Source: Calditrichaceae bacterium (GTDB lineage Bacteria > Calditrichota > Calditrichia > RBG-13-44-9 > J075). From it: a DNA stretch of 64,000 bases. The notes under the pieces are model-generated. The model saw nothing but the letters and a program-made list of their open reading frames with translations, made no database searches and had not been told where the DNA came from. Both the position numbers and the translations under genes were made by a program. Below, piece after piece: positions 46,946 through 58,240 of this stretch (position 1 is its first letter; each line of letters begins with the position of its first letter). The stretch covers positions 1 to 64,000 of the forward strand of contig JABWBP010000001.1 in the NCBI GenBank assembly GCA_013360445.1, read 5' to 3'.

Positions 46946-48307
46946 TTATAAGTTCAACCGCGCCAACAGCGCCGCGCATTCCTGCCGGGCTTCGGCCACG
47001 ATTTCGCTCTCCTCCAAACTCACCGGCGCGCCGTTTCGCACCACCCATTCCCCGTCCACCATTACCTGCGCCACGTCGCGCGACTGCGCCGAATAAACGA
47101 TCTGCGAGACAACATTATCGGCAGGTACCAGGTGAACTTTATTGAGATCGAGAATCGCCAGGTCGGCCAGCTTGCCGGGCGCGATGCTGCCGATCTGCTC
47201 CGCAAGCCCTAACGCCTGCGCCCCGCCTAAGGTGGCCATATCCAGCACCTGTTGGGCGTTGATGGAGCGTACCCCGGCGTTCGGCTTGTGAATCAAGGCG
47301 GCGAGGCGCATATCCGTGAAAAGGTCCAGGTTGTTGTTGCAGGGAGCGCCGTCGGAACCCAGGGAGACATTGATCCCTTTTTCTAACATCTGCGGAACCG
47401 GCGCAAAGCCGGAGCCTAATTTCAGGTTGGCGGAAGGGCAGTGCAGCACGTTGATGCGGTACTCTTGCAGGTACTCCATCTCGTTCCCGTTCAGCCAGAC
47501 GCAGTGCGCCAGGCAGAGCCGGGAGGAAGCCAGGCCGCGCTCGACGAAAAACTCCACGTTGGAGTAACCGGTTTGCGCTTTGACGATTTCTAACTCGGTG
47601 CGGTTTTCCGAGGAGTGGGTATGGATCAGCAGATCGTATTTTTCGGCTAATTCGCCTACCGCTTCCCACAAGCGGTCGCTGCAGGTGAGCACGAAGCGGG
47701 GCGCCAGGGCGTAACCGATGCGGCGGGAGAAAACGCTCTTCCTTTCCGCCTGCCCGGCGACTTTTTGTGGGACGGGAGTTGCGTTATGATCGAGCGAGCG
47801 GATCAATTCCTCGGTGGATTCTAAAACCGCGGCGGTCGGCTCTTTGTAGGCCTGCCCGCCGGCGTCCATCATCACCTTGCCGCTGAATCCCCGGATGCCG
47901 CAGCGCTGCATCTCCTCAAAAACCACCTCCATGTGCCGGCTGCAGCCCATATCGAGAATGGTGGTCACCCCGCTGCTCAATATCTCGAACAATCCCAGCC
48001 GGGCGGAGGCGCGCAGCGAGGCGGGCGTGTGCGCCATTTCCATAGGCCAGATGTAGCGGTTCAGCCACTCTAACAGCTCCAGGTCGTCGGCAAGGTTGCG
48101 GAAGAGGGCCTGGCACAGGTGCACGTGGGTTTGAATGAGCCCGGGGATCACCGTGTAGCCGCTCAAATCCAGTTCTTCGATCCCGGGGTTCTCGATGCGG
48201 GGGGCTACTTCCTCGATGCGATTCCCTTCGATGCGGATATCTCCCTTCAGCACTTCGCGCTGTTCATTTTGCGTCACAATCGTGGCATTCTTCAGCAGAA
48301 TATTCAT
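46946..48307 (-). CDS. Amidohydrolase-superfamily nucleoside/nucleobase deaminase (MtaD/SsnA/chlorohydrolase-like)
   Basis: Metal-binding HVHLCQ (HxH), HTHSSE and the HC..L...E region, plus SLGSDGAPCNNNLD (the Asp ligand). It lies near the adenosine deaminase, so I suggest a purine-salvage role. Confidence 0.78.
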   Translation of the reverse strand: MNILLKNATIVTQNEQREVLKGDIRIEGNRIEEVAPRIENPGIEELDLSGYTVIPGLIQTHVHLCQALFRNLADDLELLEWLNRYIWPMEMAHTPASLRASARLGLFEILSSGVTTILDMGCSRHMEVVFEEMQRCGIRGFSGKVMMDAGGQAYKEPTAAVLESTEELIRSLDHNATPVPQKVAGQAERKSVFSRRIGYALAPRFVLTCSDRLWEAVGELAEKYDLLIHTHSSENRTELEIVKAQTGYSNVEFFVERGLASSRLCLAHCVWLNGNEMEYLQEYRINVLHCPSANLKLGSGFAPVPQMLEKGINVSLGSDGAPCNNNLDLFTDMRLAALIHKPNAGVRSINAQQVLDMATLGGAQALGLAEQIGSIAPGKLADLAILDLNKVHLVPADNVVSQIVYSAQSRDVAQVMVDGEWVVRNGAPVSLEESEIVAEARQECAALLARLNL

Positions 48308-48710
48308 ACCCGGTCCGGTTGAAGTGTATCGAAGAGCCTCCCCTTTTTCCCGAAAGCCTGCTCCCCGGCGGGATGCAGCCTCTTCGGAGGATTCCCCCAG
48401 GCATAGGCCGAATTTACTCGTTCAACCCCGGGGAGGCAAGGATTTTTCCGTTTGCAGGTGCCACTACACCCCGCTTTCCTGTATCCTTGAAACGTGGATT
48501 ACGTCCGAAAAAATAAAGCCCTCCCGGCAACCCGGGATGGCTTGAGAAATATTCTGGCAGATATTTCAATGAGAGTTCTCCAGAAGGGCGGGCATCCCTA
48601 ATGATTGGGATAGTGGAACTTTGTGCCTTAGAGCCTTCGTGGCAACTTTGAAAACAGCCTCTCAGAATGTGGCCTTGTGGAGTATAGTTACCTCACAAGG
48701 TGAAGGCGAT

Positions 48711-49754
48711 TCAATAACTCACACTCACTCCCACTCGCCATTCCCGGTCGGGGTTATCCGGCAAAAGGATGGGATAGACCCGGTAATAGACTTCCAAACG
48801 GGCGTAATCCGGCCCGATGGCAAAACCGGTAGAGGTCCCGCCTTTGGTTTCGTTCAAAACATTGAAATGATATTCGTAGCCGAAATATAGGGACAGGAAG
48901 TAGTAAAAATTCACATCGATGCCGGTATGGAAGCTATCCCAACCGTCTTCTCCCCAGGAGGTAAACCAGGCTTTAAAGAAATTGTCATCTTTATCTCCCC
49001 GGCGGCGAGTCAATACTTTATTTAAATCGATTGCCAACGTAGCGTTTAAGAAATCTGAGGCGAGGGCTTTATAGCCCAACCCCAGGTTTAGCATTTGCGG
49101 AAGGGGATCCGAAGAGCCGCCGCCATATTCAACTTTATCCGGCCCGGTATTCAATAAAGAAACGCCAAACGCCAGGCCGCGAAAATCGGATTTTTTGAAC
49201 TTGCCAGTGAATGATATGGGTTTGGGATTAGCCATCCCAAAAGTTAATTGTGACAGAATATTCTCGAAAATCATCCCGATATCACCAGTATAGGCAGAAC
49301 CAGGACCGCTCACTTTTTTCAAATATTTAAGCGTCAAACCAAACCTAAAGTGATCTGACACCCTCCGGGCAAAGGATAGCTGGTAACTTCTCTGCTTAAT
49401 AAGATCATCGCTTGTAATAAGGTTTTTGATGGTAGAATGATAAATACCAAATCCAAGCACTCCGATTCTGAGATAAATGGCTCCTCCCCCAAAAGGCAGT
49501 TCGTTTTCAGCAATTCCAAATACTTCGTAATGAATTTTAGAATACCCGATTAAGAACAGGTTTATTCGGGATAAGCCTGCGGGGTTATAGTAAAATGATT
49601 GATAGTCATTCACAATAGCCGTTTGTGCTCCACCCATTGCAGCACTTTCGATCCCCGGCCGTAATACTAAATACTCAAATACCTGAGAGTAAACTGGTTT
49701 AAACTCGAACTGTGTAATCAAAGCAAGTAAGCAGAAGAGTTTTATGAATTTCAT
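48711..49754 (-). CDS. Outer-membrane beta-barrel protein with the FadL/PorV-like N-terminal motif
   Basis: Signal peptide, then SAAMGGAQTAIVNDYQSFYYNPAGLS (the A-GGA--A---D-SA--YNPAGL motif shared by PorV/FadL-like barrels). Alternating beta-strand pattern and aromatic C-terminus. AT-rich codon usage. Confidence 0.55.
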   Translation of the reverse strand: MKFIKLFCLLALITQFEFKPVYSQVFEYLVLRPGIESAAMGGAQTAIVNDYQSFYYNPAGLSRINLFLIGYSKIHYEVFGIAENELPFGGGAIYLRIGVLGFGIYHSTIKNLITSDDLIKQRSYQLSFARRVSDHFRFGLTLKYLKKVSGPGSAYTGDIGMIFENILSQLTFGMANPKPISFTGKFKKSDFRGLAFGVSLLNTGPDKVEYGGGSSDPLPQMLNLGLGYKALASDFLNATLAIDLNKVLTRRRGDKDDNFFKAWFTSWGEDGWDSFHTGIDVNFYYFLSLYFGYEYHFNVLNETKGGTSTGFAIGPDYARLEVYYRVYPILLPDNPDREWRVGVSVSY

Positions 49755-49860
49755 ATATTAATCCTCAGCCCAAAACGCAATAGATAAATGTCCTTATCGC
49801 CGCTTTATGATATTTTTGGTAAGTTTCTATCTTTTAGTTTTCCATCGCGTTCTATATAAG

Positions 49861-50391
49861 CTAATATAACTTTCCAAAACTAATATTTAATCCCGCTCCA
49901 AAATAGGATTGTTCTTTATTAATAGAAGCATACAAATTCATTCCAATCCCAACCACAGGAGAGAATGAATATATGAAGTGGATTTCTAATGGAACCGTCA
50001 ATATTTTTACAGTTTTGTCTTTAATATGATAACTTCCTTTCAAATAGCCCAATCCTGCTCCTAGAAAAATAATTTTCTTAGTATTATAAAATCCTCTTAC
50101 AAATAAAATACCTCCCTCCCATACTTTATACACATTATGACGATAAAAAAAACCATCGCTATTCTTTTCAATATATGTATATTTAAATGCAAGAAGATTT
50201 GAAGATTTATGTTTTTTCAGCCCTATAAAAAATAAAGTATTTGTACTGAAAGCAGAACCAGTAATTCCTGCACCTGGAGTAATTTGAAAAACAAAATTAG
50301 CAGACTTTGAGAACGAGCTATTGTTGAACCCTATAAGAAGTAGAAACCAAAAGTAGTAACTTAACGATGTTAACTTATACATAACTTTCAA
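49861..50391 (-). CDS. Small outer-membrane beta-barrel-like protein (OmpW/porin-like), AT-rich
   Basis: Signal-peptide-like N-terminus, alternating hydrophobic strands, and a C-terminal aromatic residue after GAGLNISFGKLY. Confidence 0.4.
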   Translation of the reverse strand: MKVMYKLTSLSYYFWFLLLIGFNNSSFSKSANFVFQITPGAGITGSAFSTNTLFFIGLKKHKSSNLLAFKYTYIEKNSDGFFYRHNVYKVWEGGILFVRGFYNTKKIIFLGAGLGYLKGSYHIKDKTVKILTVPLEIHFIYSFSPVVGIGMNLYASINKEQSYFGAGLNISFGKLY

Positions 50392-50663
50392 AAAACCATA
50401 TAATAATTACCTGCGGTGTCGCGGAGTTTTTTTTGTTGCTATATAAGGGATACAGCGATCCTCCGCAGAGTTTTTTGTCTGAAGTAAAATTGCGCGAAAA
50501 TTAAATGCCTATTTAACGGCACTTTTTTGTAAAAAAAATTCCCACGACCCCTCAATTACCTAACTCAAACTTATTCAGAAGGTGGCCCTTGAACGTCTTC
50601 CCAAGAAATTCCATCTTCCTCATTCCCAAATCCATCTTCGCTTTCGTCATGAGTAAAGGAATA

Positions 50664-52088
50664 TTATTCATGGGATTCGCTTGCACTTTTATTATATGAA
50701 GGCATAAGTGGAGCTGGTTGAGCACCACACCATTCTCCAAAAGGACATGCGGGGGCAAACCACTGTCCTCCTATAAACCCTCTAAATGAAAGCCAATCTT
50801 TGCTATTCCCTAAAGCCTGGGTATGACTGAACCATATAATATTGTGAATTTTAATATAAGAGGTAGTTTTTACTTCTCCTAAATTTTCTAAATAATCATA
50901 TACAAAATAAGGATCAGGCATTTGTAGTGGAAACCCATAGTTTACACGATCGATATAATCTTCATCACCGAATACTGGTATGTTCTTATGAATTCTATAT
51001 ACCTTCTCATATCTATTATATGATGCATGGGAGTTTGCTGCAATCCATATATGCAAATGTGTATGGTTTTCATCATATCCCTGTCGAAGACTAATATATG
51101 TAGTTGCTGAAGTGGAACTCCACCAACAGTTATTTGCATTAATTGTGTGGCCACCAGCGTGTTGGTAAAAGTTAACATATTTAGGAACAAAATTTTCTCC
51201 ATTCTTTTCAATTTTGATTGATACATGTTCCCAGTCTCCTTCATGATAAATATCATAGTTTGTTTGATCTTGAATATCATTCATAGTAAAAAAGTACCAG
51301 TATTGTAAATAGTAGTAACCACCCTCTTTGTAGCAGTGAAAATACAATGGTCTTTGGCCAACTGGGGCAGATAAATATCTTTGAGAATCACTTATATCCA
51401 ATATGGAAATTATCGAAATTTCTCCAGCAGCGTAAGTATCCCAATTTCCATAAGTATCAATTACATGAATAGGTGGAGTGGAATTATTATAGGCCGTTTG
51501 GCTGTTTCCGGTCAAAATCACTTTCAGTGTTCCGTATGAATTTATAATTAGATCCATATTATGTAATCCTTGTTGTTTTTCTAGTTCTAGTGAGTGAGAA
51601 TGCAATACCGGTTTAAACTTATTTGCTAATTGCCATTCTATATTATCATTGAGCAAATCTCTGTCAAGATCAAATACCACCACAAAGCTCCCCGCCGCAT
51701 TGGTAAAATAGCTTTGAGTGTTTTGAGAAGATAAAACGCTATAATCCGGATCTATCATCTCTATCAGCATGTGCTCCACCCGGTAATCTTCCGGATAATA
51801 CTCGGAAATATCCGCCGAGGCGACCAGGCTGACGTACCCACTGGCATTGGTGGAGCCTTCATTAGTGGCCGAGCGCAGCTCCCACTCGTAATATCCTAAA
51901 TCGCTTTGGTATTCCCACACGCTGTAATAGCCGGTCAGCCGGATCGCCACCCCGCCCTCGGGAGAACCGGTCTCGTTGGTCACCGTCACCTGGTAGGTAA
52001 AGGTTAACTGCGTCGGCCCGGCTGAAAGGAAGTTACTCCATGAAAAAACAAAAATGAAGAAGCCCGTAAAAAAATTGCGTCTGATCAT
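50664..52088 (-). CDS. Secreted protein with a possible NLP/NPP1-like (necrosis-inducing, cation-binding heptapeptide) core
   Basis: Signal peptide. YLQYWYFFTMND...(15 aa)...HEGDWEHVSIKI parallels the NLP pattern YAWYFPKD...(12 aa)...GHRHDWENVVVW in spacing and acidic/His positions. The C-terminal half is AT-rich. Confidence 0.4.
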   Translation of the reverse strand: MIRRNFFTGFFIFVFSWSNFLSAGPTQLTFTYQVTVTNETGSPEGGVAIRLTGYYSVWEYQSDLGYYEWELRSATNEGSTNASGYVSLVASADISEYYPEDYRVEHMLIEMIDPDYSVLSSQNTQSYFTNAAGSFVVVFDLDRDLLNDNIEWQLANKFKPVLHSHSLELEKQQGLHNMDLIINSYGTLKVILTGNSQTAYNNSTPPIHVIDTYGNWDTYAAGEISIISILDISDSQRYLSAPVGQRPLYFHCYKEGGYYYLQYWYFFTMNDIQDQTNYDIYHEGDWEHVSIKIEKNGENFVPKYVNFYQHAGGHTINANNCWWSSTSATTYISLRQGYDENHTHLHIWIAANSHASYNRYEKVYRIHKNIPVFGDEDYIDRVNYGFPLQMPDPYFVYDYLENLGEVKTTSYIKIHNIIWFSHTQALGNSKDWLSFRGFIGGQWFAPACPFGEWCGAQPAPLMPSYNKSASESHE

Positions 52089-52106
52089 CTCTTCAACCCT
52101 CCGGTT

Positions 52107-53354
52107 CTAACGAATCAGCAACATTTTCTTCTGCGCCTGAAAACCGGCGGCCGTCAGCCGGTAGAGGTAAATCCCGGAACTTACCGCCTGCCCACGCGCA
52201 TCGGTTCCATCCCACTGCACGGTATAGCTACCGGGAGCTTTATTTTCGCTCACCAGGGTGCGCACTAATCGCCCGGTAACATCGTAAATCTTTAACTCCA
52301 CAAATCCGAAATCCGCAATCTGCAATCCGAAATTCGTCCTGGGGTTAAAGGGATTGGGATAGTTCTGAAACAACTCAGAGGTTTCGGGAAGGCCGGAAAC
52401 TAAAGTTTCCCGCTGTGCCGGGCCTGCTCCTGCCGCAGCCAACTGTTTATCCCGGGAAAATTCGGCGATGCCTTCCTGCAATGCCGCCCATAATTCGGAA
52501 GCTCCATTGGAGCCAGCGGATTTGGAGAACCCGCTTCCTTCCGGTTCCAGGGTATAGACCAGCAAGATTCCCTGCCCGGCGCTGAGCGCAAAAGGCCCGC
52601 TGCCCAGGTAAACGTGGTAATCCGCGGTATCCGGCGGGGTGGTTACATTGCCCTGGCTCATCCGGCCATACACCGCTTCTCTGCTCGCCGGCGCCTGGGA
52701 ACGCTGCCAGTAATTGCGCAGCAGGGGAGAAAAAGCCCCGCCCAGGTTCATCCCCTGGCCGGAGTGGAAATCGCTGATCGCGTACCCGCCTGTTAGGAGC
52801 GCCAACCGGTCGTCATCCGGGGTAGGATGGTTCTCGCTGTTGGGAGCGTCGAAATCGAAATATACCCCGGCATACACGTTGGCCAGATTCCCCTGCTGCC
52901 CGCTATAGCGGATGAGATAGGCCAGAATTCCGGCGGAGTGATCCTGCAAGGCGACGTTGAACTGTCTCACCCGCCAGCCGGCGACAGTATCCTGGTACAC
53001 CGAGACGGTGGTGAACTCCACATTGGGAAGCTGCAAGATGTTGGTGGTATCGCGATAGAGGCGTTTGGCGACAAACCCGGCGGCTTCCCCGCTTTTCGCC
53101 AGCTCCGGGCAGGCAATTAGGGTATCCCCGGCAGCGGTGATTCCGCAAAGCCACAAGGAAATGTGGGCATAATAATCGGCAAAATTCGTGTTGGTAGAAT
53201 CCAGCGCCTGGTGGGGATGGGTTTCCATCACCCCGTAGCCAAAGGGGGAAAGCTCCATTCCTCCCACCCGCAGCGCCCGCCGCTGGCCGGGATCGGCTAA
53301 GCAAATATGAACAAACAAGAAAAGTAAAGCGGTGGTTTGAATGGCGTGTTTCAT
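52107..53354 (-). CDS. Secreted protein with a type-IX-secretion C-terminal sorting domain; passenger of unknown function
   Basis: Signal peptide MKHAIQTTALLFLFVHICLA. C-terminal LFQNYPNPFNPRTNFGLQI...LKIYDVTGRLVRTLV...GIYLYRLTAAGFQAQKKMLLIR. Start is ATG 53352-53354 with a ggagg RBS. Confidence 0.65.
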   Translation of the reverse strand: MKHAIQTTALLFLFVHICLADPGQRRALRVGGMELSPFGYGVMETHPHQALDSTNTNFADYYAHISLWLCGITAAGDTLIACPELAKSGEAAGFVAKRLYRDTTNILQLPNVEFTTVSVYQDTVAGWRVRQFNVALQDHSAGILAYLIRYSGQQGNLANVYAGVYFDFDAPNSENHPTPDDDRLALLTGGYAISDFHSGQGMNLGGAFSPLLRNYWQRSQAPASREAVYGRMSQGNVTTPPDTADYHVYLGSGPFALSAGQGILLVYTLEPEGSGFSKSAGSNGASELWAALQEGIAEFSRDKQLAAAGAGPAQRETLVSGLPETSELFQNYPNPFNPRTNFGLQIADFGFVELKIYDVTGRLVRTLVSENKAPGSYTVQWDGTDARGQAVSSGIYLYRLTAAGFQAQKKMLLIR

Positions 53355-53629
53355 AGAACCCTCCCCTGGCTGGCAGCGACAAACCAGGTTTTTTGGTCTT
53401 ACGATATTTCCCATTCGTTGCAAATTTAAAATTGCAAGAAAAAAATCAGCAAACCATGACTTTGGTCAGGTTGAAACATGATTTTTGTTATGCTTTTTGA
53501 ATATTCCTGTTCCTGGGCAGTTCCGGCGACCGGAAACCTTTCCCCGGTTATTCCAGGCTGAGCGCCCCCTGGCGTACAGGTGGAGACCGGCAATGAAAAT
53601 ACCGGGTGCTTTCGAGTTTGAAAACCCGC

Positions 53630-53658
53630 TTGCCAAAATTTGCCCGGTTCTTTATATT
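53630..53658 (+). promoter_or_regulatory. Candidate sigma-70-type promoter TTGCCA-N17-TATATT about 155 bp upstream of gap
   Basis: ttgcca at 53630-53635, a 17-nt spacer, tatatt at 53653-53658. Pattern match only. Confidence 0.3.
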
Positions 53659-53772
53659 GCAGCCTTTATTTTAAGGGGGAAATAGTTCCCGGCGGCATTG
53701 CAAAACCTTAACCGTGCTTTTTTATGGCCCTCTACCTTCCAGCAGTTTCTCTATTCCATCCTGCCAAGCTAA

Positions 53773-54816
<1,044 letters not shown>

Positions 54817-54854
54817 TCAACCAGCCGCGGTCGGCTTTGTCACAAGAGAATGAC

Positions 54855-55175
54855 ATGGTAACCATGCAGCAAATCAAAAAATTGGGGCTCCGCATCGGCG
54901 AGGAATTTCGACCGGAGCGGGTGATCCTGTTTGGATCGTACGCCCAGGGTCGGCCGACTCCGGATTCCGACGTGGATTTATTGATCATTGCGAAATTCGA
55001 GGGTCGGCCGGTGGACAAGTCGGTAGAAATACGCCTGAAAGTTCGACCTCCTTTCCCTGTTGACCTGATTGTGCGCACTCCCGAAAAAGTGCGCGAGCGC
55101 CTGGCAATGGGTGACGCCTTCATAAAAGAGATACTTACTGAAGGAATAGTACTCTATGAAGCCAATCACGCTTGA
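54855..55175 (+). CDS. Minimal nucleotidyltransferase (MNT/MntA-like antitoxin of an MNT-HEPN pair)
   Basis: ILFGSYAQGRPTPDSDVDLLII is the GS-x9-DxD pol-beta NTase motif. ATG at 54855. 20-bp overlap with the HEPN ORF. Confidence 0.75.
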   Translation: MVTMQQIKKLGLRIGEEFRPERVILFGSYAQGRPTPDSDVDLLIIAKFEGRPVDKSVEIRLKVRPPFPVDLIVRTPEKVRERLAMGDAFIKEILTEGIVLYEANHA

Positions 55176-55542
55176 GTGGGTCGCTAAAGCGGAAGGCGAC
55201 TTTGCAATGCTGGAGCGAGAGTCTCGCGCACGGAAGAACCCCAATTATGATGGCATTTGTTTCCATGCCCAGCAATGTGCAGAGAAGTATATCAAGGCCA
55301 GATTGTGTGAAGCAGGCATTGAATTTAAGAAGATCCATGATCTGGTTTCCCTTCTTGATAAAGTTCGTGGGGTTGAACCGATGTGGGAAACCTTTCGCCA
55401 GCACCTTGCTTATCTTTCCGGTTTCGCGGTGAGTTTTCGCTATCCCGGTGAATCCGCTGACAAAACCATGGCGCTGGATGCCCGTAAACGCTGCCGGCTC
55501 TTTCGCCGTGCAGCCCGTGAAGCTCTTGGGCTAAAACCGTAA
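55156..55542 (+). CDS. HEPN-domain protein (HepT-like toxin partner)
   Basis: All-alpha ~125-aa protein with the Rx4-6H-like element SFRYPGE near its C-terminus. Tightly coupled to the NTase. Confidence 0.7.
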   Translation: MKPITLEWVAKAEGDFAMLERESRARKNPNYDGICFHAQQCAEKYIKARLCEAGIEFKKIHDLVSLLDKVRGVEPMWETFRQHLAYLSGFAVSFRYPGESADKTMALDARKRCRLFRRAAREALGLKP

Positions 55543-55827
55543 TAGACAATCTTCGGCTAAGTTTAGCGTGAGTGTGGTCGAAGATTGAAAGAGTATCAAC
55601 AGATTGACTTTGGCCGGATGCATTTTGCCCTGCATCCGGCCAATCAGTAGCAGGAATTTCCAGGAGATTGCGGAAAAGCGCCATCTTTAATAAAACTTCA
55701 AGGAAGATGAAATGCCAACTCTTATCCGTCTCCACGTTGTAAGGGAAAAGGTTTTGATGATATGAAATCGCTGCGTGATTTGGGCGGAGATGAGTTAACC
55801 GTTTATGTTTTACTATAGGAGCTTACC

Positions 55828-57024
55828 ATGCCCAAACTAACCATTGACGATTTGCACCTTAAAGGCAAGAACGTGCTCCTGCGGGTGGATTTCAACGTGC
55901 CCCTGGATGAGCATCACAACATTACCGACGATTTGCGTATCCGGGAATCGTTGCCCTCCATTCAAAAAATCATTCGCGAGGGCGGGCGGGCCATCCTCTG
56001 CTCCCACCTGGGCCGCCCCAAGGGGAAACCGAAGTTCGAGTTCTCCCTGGCCCCGGTCGCCAAGCACCTGACCAATTTGTTGGGCCATCCGGTTATGTAT
56101 ATCACCGATTGCATCGGCCCGCAGGTTGACCAGGTGAAACAAACCTTGAAAAACGGCGAGGTGCTGCTGTTAGAAAACCTGCGCTTCCACAAGGAGGAAG
56201 AAGAAAACGACCGCGAATTCGCCCGGCAATTAGCCGCCCGCTGCGACCTCTACGTGAACGACGCCTTCGGCAGCGCCCACCGCGCCCACGCCTCCACCGA
56301 AGGGGTCACGCACTTTTTCAAACAAAACGCCGCCGGGTACCTGATGCAAAAAGAGCTGCAATACTTAGGCGAGGCGCTGGAAAACCCCCAACGCCCCTTT
56401 GTGGCGATTTTGGGCGGGGCAAAAATATCCGGCAAGATCGACGTGATCGAAAACCTGCTCGGCAAAACCGACGCCCTGCTGATCGGCGGGGGGATGATTT
56501 TCACCTTCTTCAAGGCGCATGGCTGGGAAATTGGCAAATCCCTCTTAGAAGCCGACCGCTTAGACATGGCAAAGGAAATTCTGAAACGCGCCCAGGGCGG
56601 CAAAACCCGCCTGGAGCTTCCGGTGGACGTGCTGATCGCCGATAAATTCGAAGCCGGGGCAAAAACCCGCACCGTGGGGGTGCACGAAATCCCCGGGGAT
56701 TGGATCGGGGTGGACATCGGCCCGAAGAGCATCGGCGCATTCAAAGAAATTCTTTCCAGCGCCAAAACCGTGGTCTGGAACGGCCCCATGGGGGTTTTCG
56801 AGATCGAAGATTTTGCCAAAGGAACCGAGGCGATTGCCCGCTCCCTGGCGGAGATCACCCAAAAGGGCGCGACCACCATCGTGGGCGGAGGCGATTCCGC
56901 CGCGGCGGTCAAGAAATTCAATTTAGAAGACAAAATCACCCACGTCTCCACCGGCGGCGGGGCCTCCCTGGAATTCCTGGAAGGCAAGGTTCTGCCCGGC
57001 GTGGCGGCGTTAACGGAAAAATAG
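55828..57024 (+). CDS. pgk: Phosphoglycerate kinase
   Basis: LLRVDFNVP and the SHLGRPKG substrate-binding motif, then GGGDS and GGGAS. Confidence 0.96.
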   Translation: MPKLTIDDLHLKGKNVLLRVDFNVPLDEHHNITDDLRIRESLPSIQKIIREGGRAILCSHLGRPKGKPKFEFSLAPVAKHLTNLLGHPVMYITDCIGPQVDQVKQTLKNGEVLLLENLRFHKEEEENDREFARQLAARCDLYVNDAFGSAHRAHASTEGVTHFFKQNAAGYLMQKELQYLGEALENPQRPFVAILGGAKISGKIDVIENLLGKTDALLIGGGMIFTFFKAHGWEIGKSLLEADRLDMAKEILKRAQGGKTRLELPVDVLIADKFEAGAKTRTVGVHEIPGDWIGVDIGPKSIGAFKEILSSAKTVVWNGPMGVFEIEDFAKGTEAIARSLAEITQKGATTIVGGGDSAAAVKKFNLEDKITHVSTGGGASLEFLEGKVLPGVAALTEK

Positions 57025-57042
57025 TGTTCAAAGGAGTTCGGA

Positions 57043-57813
57043 ATGCGACAGAAATTGATTGCCGGCAATTGGAAGATGTACAAGACGATTCCGGAAGCGC
57101 TGCAACTGGTGAAGCAGTTGCGAACGAAAATGGAAAAAAATCCCCCGGCCAAAACCAAAGTGGTAGTCTGCCCCCCCTTCACCGCCCTGGCGGCGGTGAG
57201 CGAGACGCTGAAAAGCAGCGCCATCGGCGTGGGGGCGCAGAATATTTTCTGGGAAGATGAGGGCGCTTACACCGGGGAGGTTTCCGCAAAAATGATCAAA
57301 AACGCGGGGGCCAAATACGTGATCATCGGCCACTCGGAGCGACGGCGCTATTTCAAAGAAGATTCCCAAGTGATCAACAAAAAAATCAAAACCGCGCTGG
57401 CCCACAAACTGCACGTGATCCACTGCGTGGGGGAAACCCTGGAAGAGCGCGAGCAGGAGCTGACCCGCGACATCGTGCTGAACCAGGTAGAATGGGATCT
57501 AAAGAACCTCGCCGTCGCGGATTTGAAGAACCTTACTATTGCCTACGAGCCGGTATGGGCTATCGGCACCGGGAGAAACGCCACCCCGGAGCAAGCCCAG
57601 GAGGTGCACAGTTTTCTGCGGGAAATTTTAGACGCGCTGTTCCAGCCGGGAGTGGGCAAGAAGATGACCATCCTCTACGGCGGCAGCGTGAAGCCGGAAA
57701 ACGCCGCCGCGCTGCTCTCCCAGCCGGACGTGGACGGCGCCCTGGTGGGCGGTGCTTGCTTAGAGGCGGGCAGCTTCTGGAAGATCATCCAGGCGAGCGA
57801 GAAAGCGGGCTGA
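57043..57813 (+). CDS. tpiA: Triosephosphate isomerase
   Basis: IAGNWKM, IIGHSERR, AYEPVWAIGTG and YGGSV. Confidence 0.96.
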   Translation: MRQKLIAGNWKMYKTIPEALQLVKQLRTKMEKNPPAKTKVVVCPPFTALAAVSETLKSSAIGVGAQNIFWEDEGAYTGEVSAKMIKNAGAKYVIIGHSERRRYFKEDSQVINKKIKTALAHKLHVIHCVGETLEEREQELTRDIVLNQVEWDLKNLAVADLKNLTIAYEPVWAIGTGRNATPEQAQEVHSFLREILDALFQPGVGKKMTILYGGSVKPENAAALLSQPDVDGALVGGACLEAGSFWKIIQASEKAG

Positions 57814-57965
57814 GGGGATTGGGGAACGCGGATTGAAGCAGCGCGAGCCGGCTCTTTTCTTGATAAAGGGTGATCTACCACCTGGAAAAGCTTTTTTTAG
57901 AACTTGACCGGATAGAATCGGGAAAGGGAATGTAAAGTCAACAGGTAAAAGTAAGGAACTGAAGT

Positions 57966-58196
57966 ATGGCGAATAACACTCCCGGATTCAGATATTTTGT
58001 ATCTCCTACCCGCCACCAGTGCCGGGCGCACCGGCAGGGGGATTGGGTGGTACATACCTGCCCGGAATGCGATTATCAATTATGGGATAATCTCCGCACC
58101 GGGGAGACGAAAATCTTTAACTCCAAAGCGGATATCAATCATTCGGGAAGCTACTTCCCGCCGGCGTATCAACAAGCCCTGGAAAACCGCAACTAA
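57966..58196 (+). CDS. Small hypothetical protein with Cys/His pairs (possible zinc ribbon)
   Basis: HQCRAH ... HTCPEC. aaggaa sits 8 nt upstream of the ATG. Confidence 0.35.
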   Translation: MANNTPGFRYFVSPTRHQCRAHRQGDWVVHTCPECDYQLWDNLRTGETKIFNSKADINHSGSYFPPAYQQALENRN

Positions 58197-58240
58197 TCGC
58201 CGGCCACCCAAAGAGTATGGAAGATGGTAAACCATCCCCG

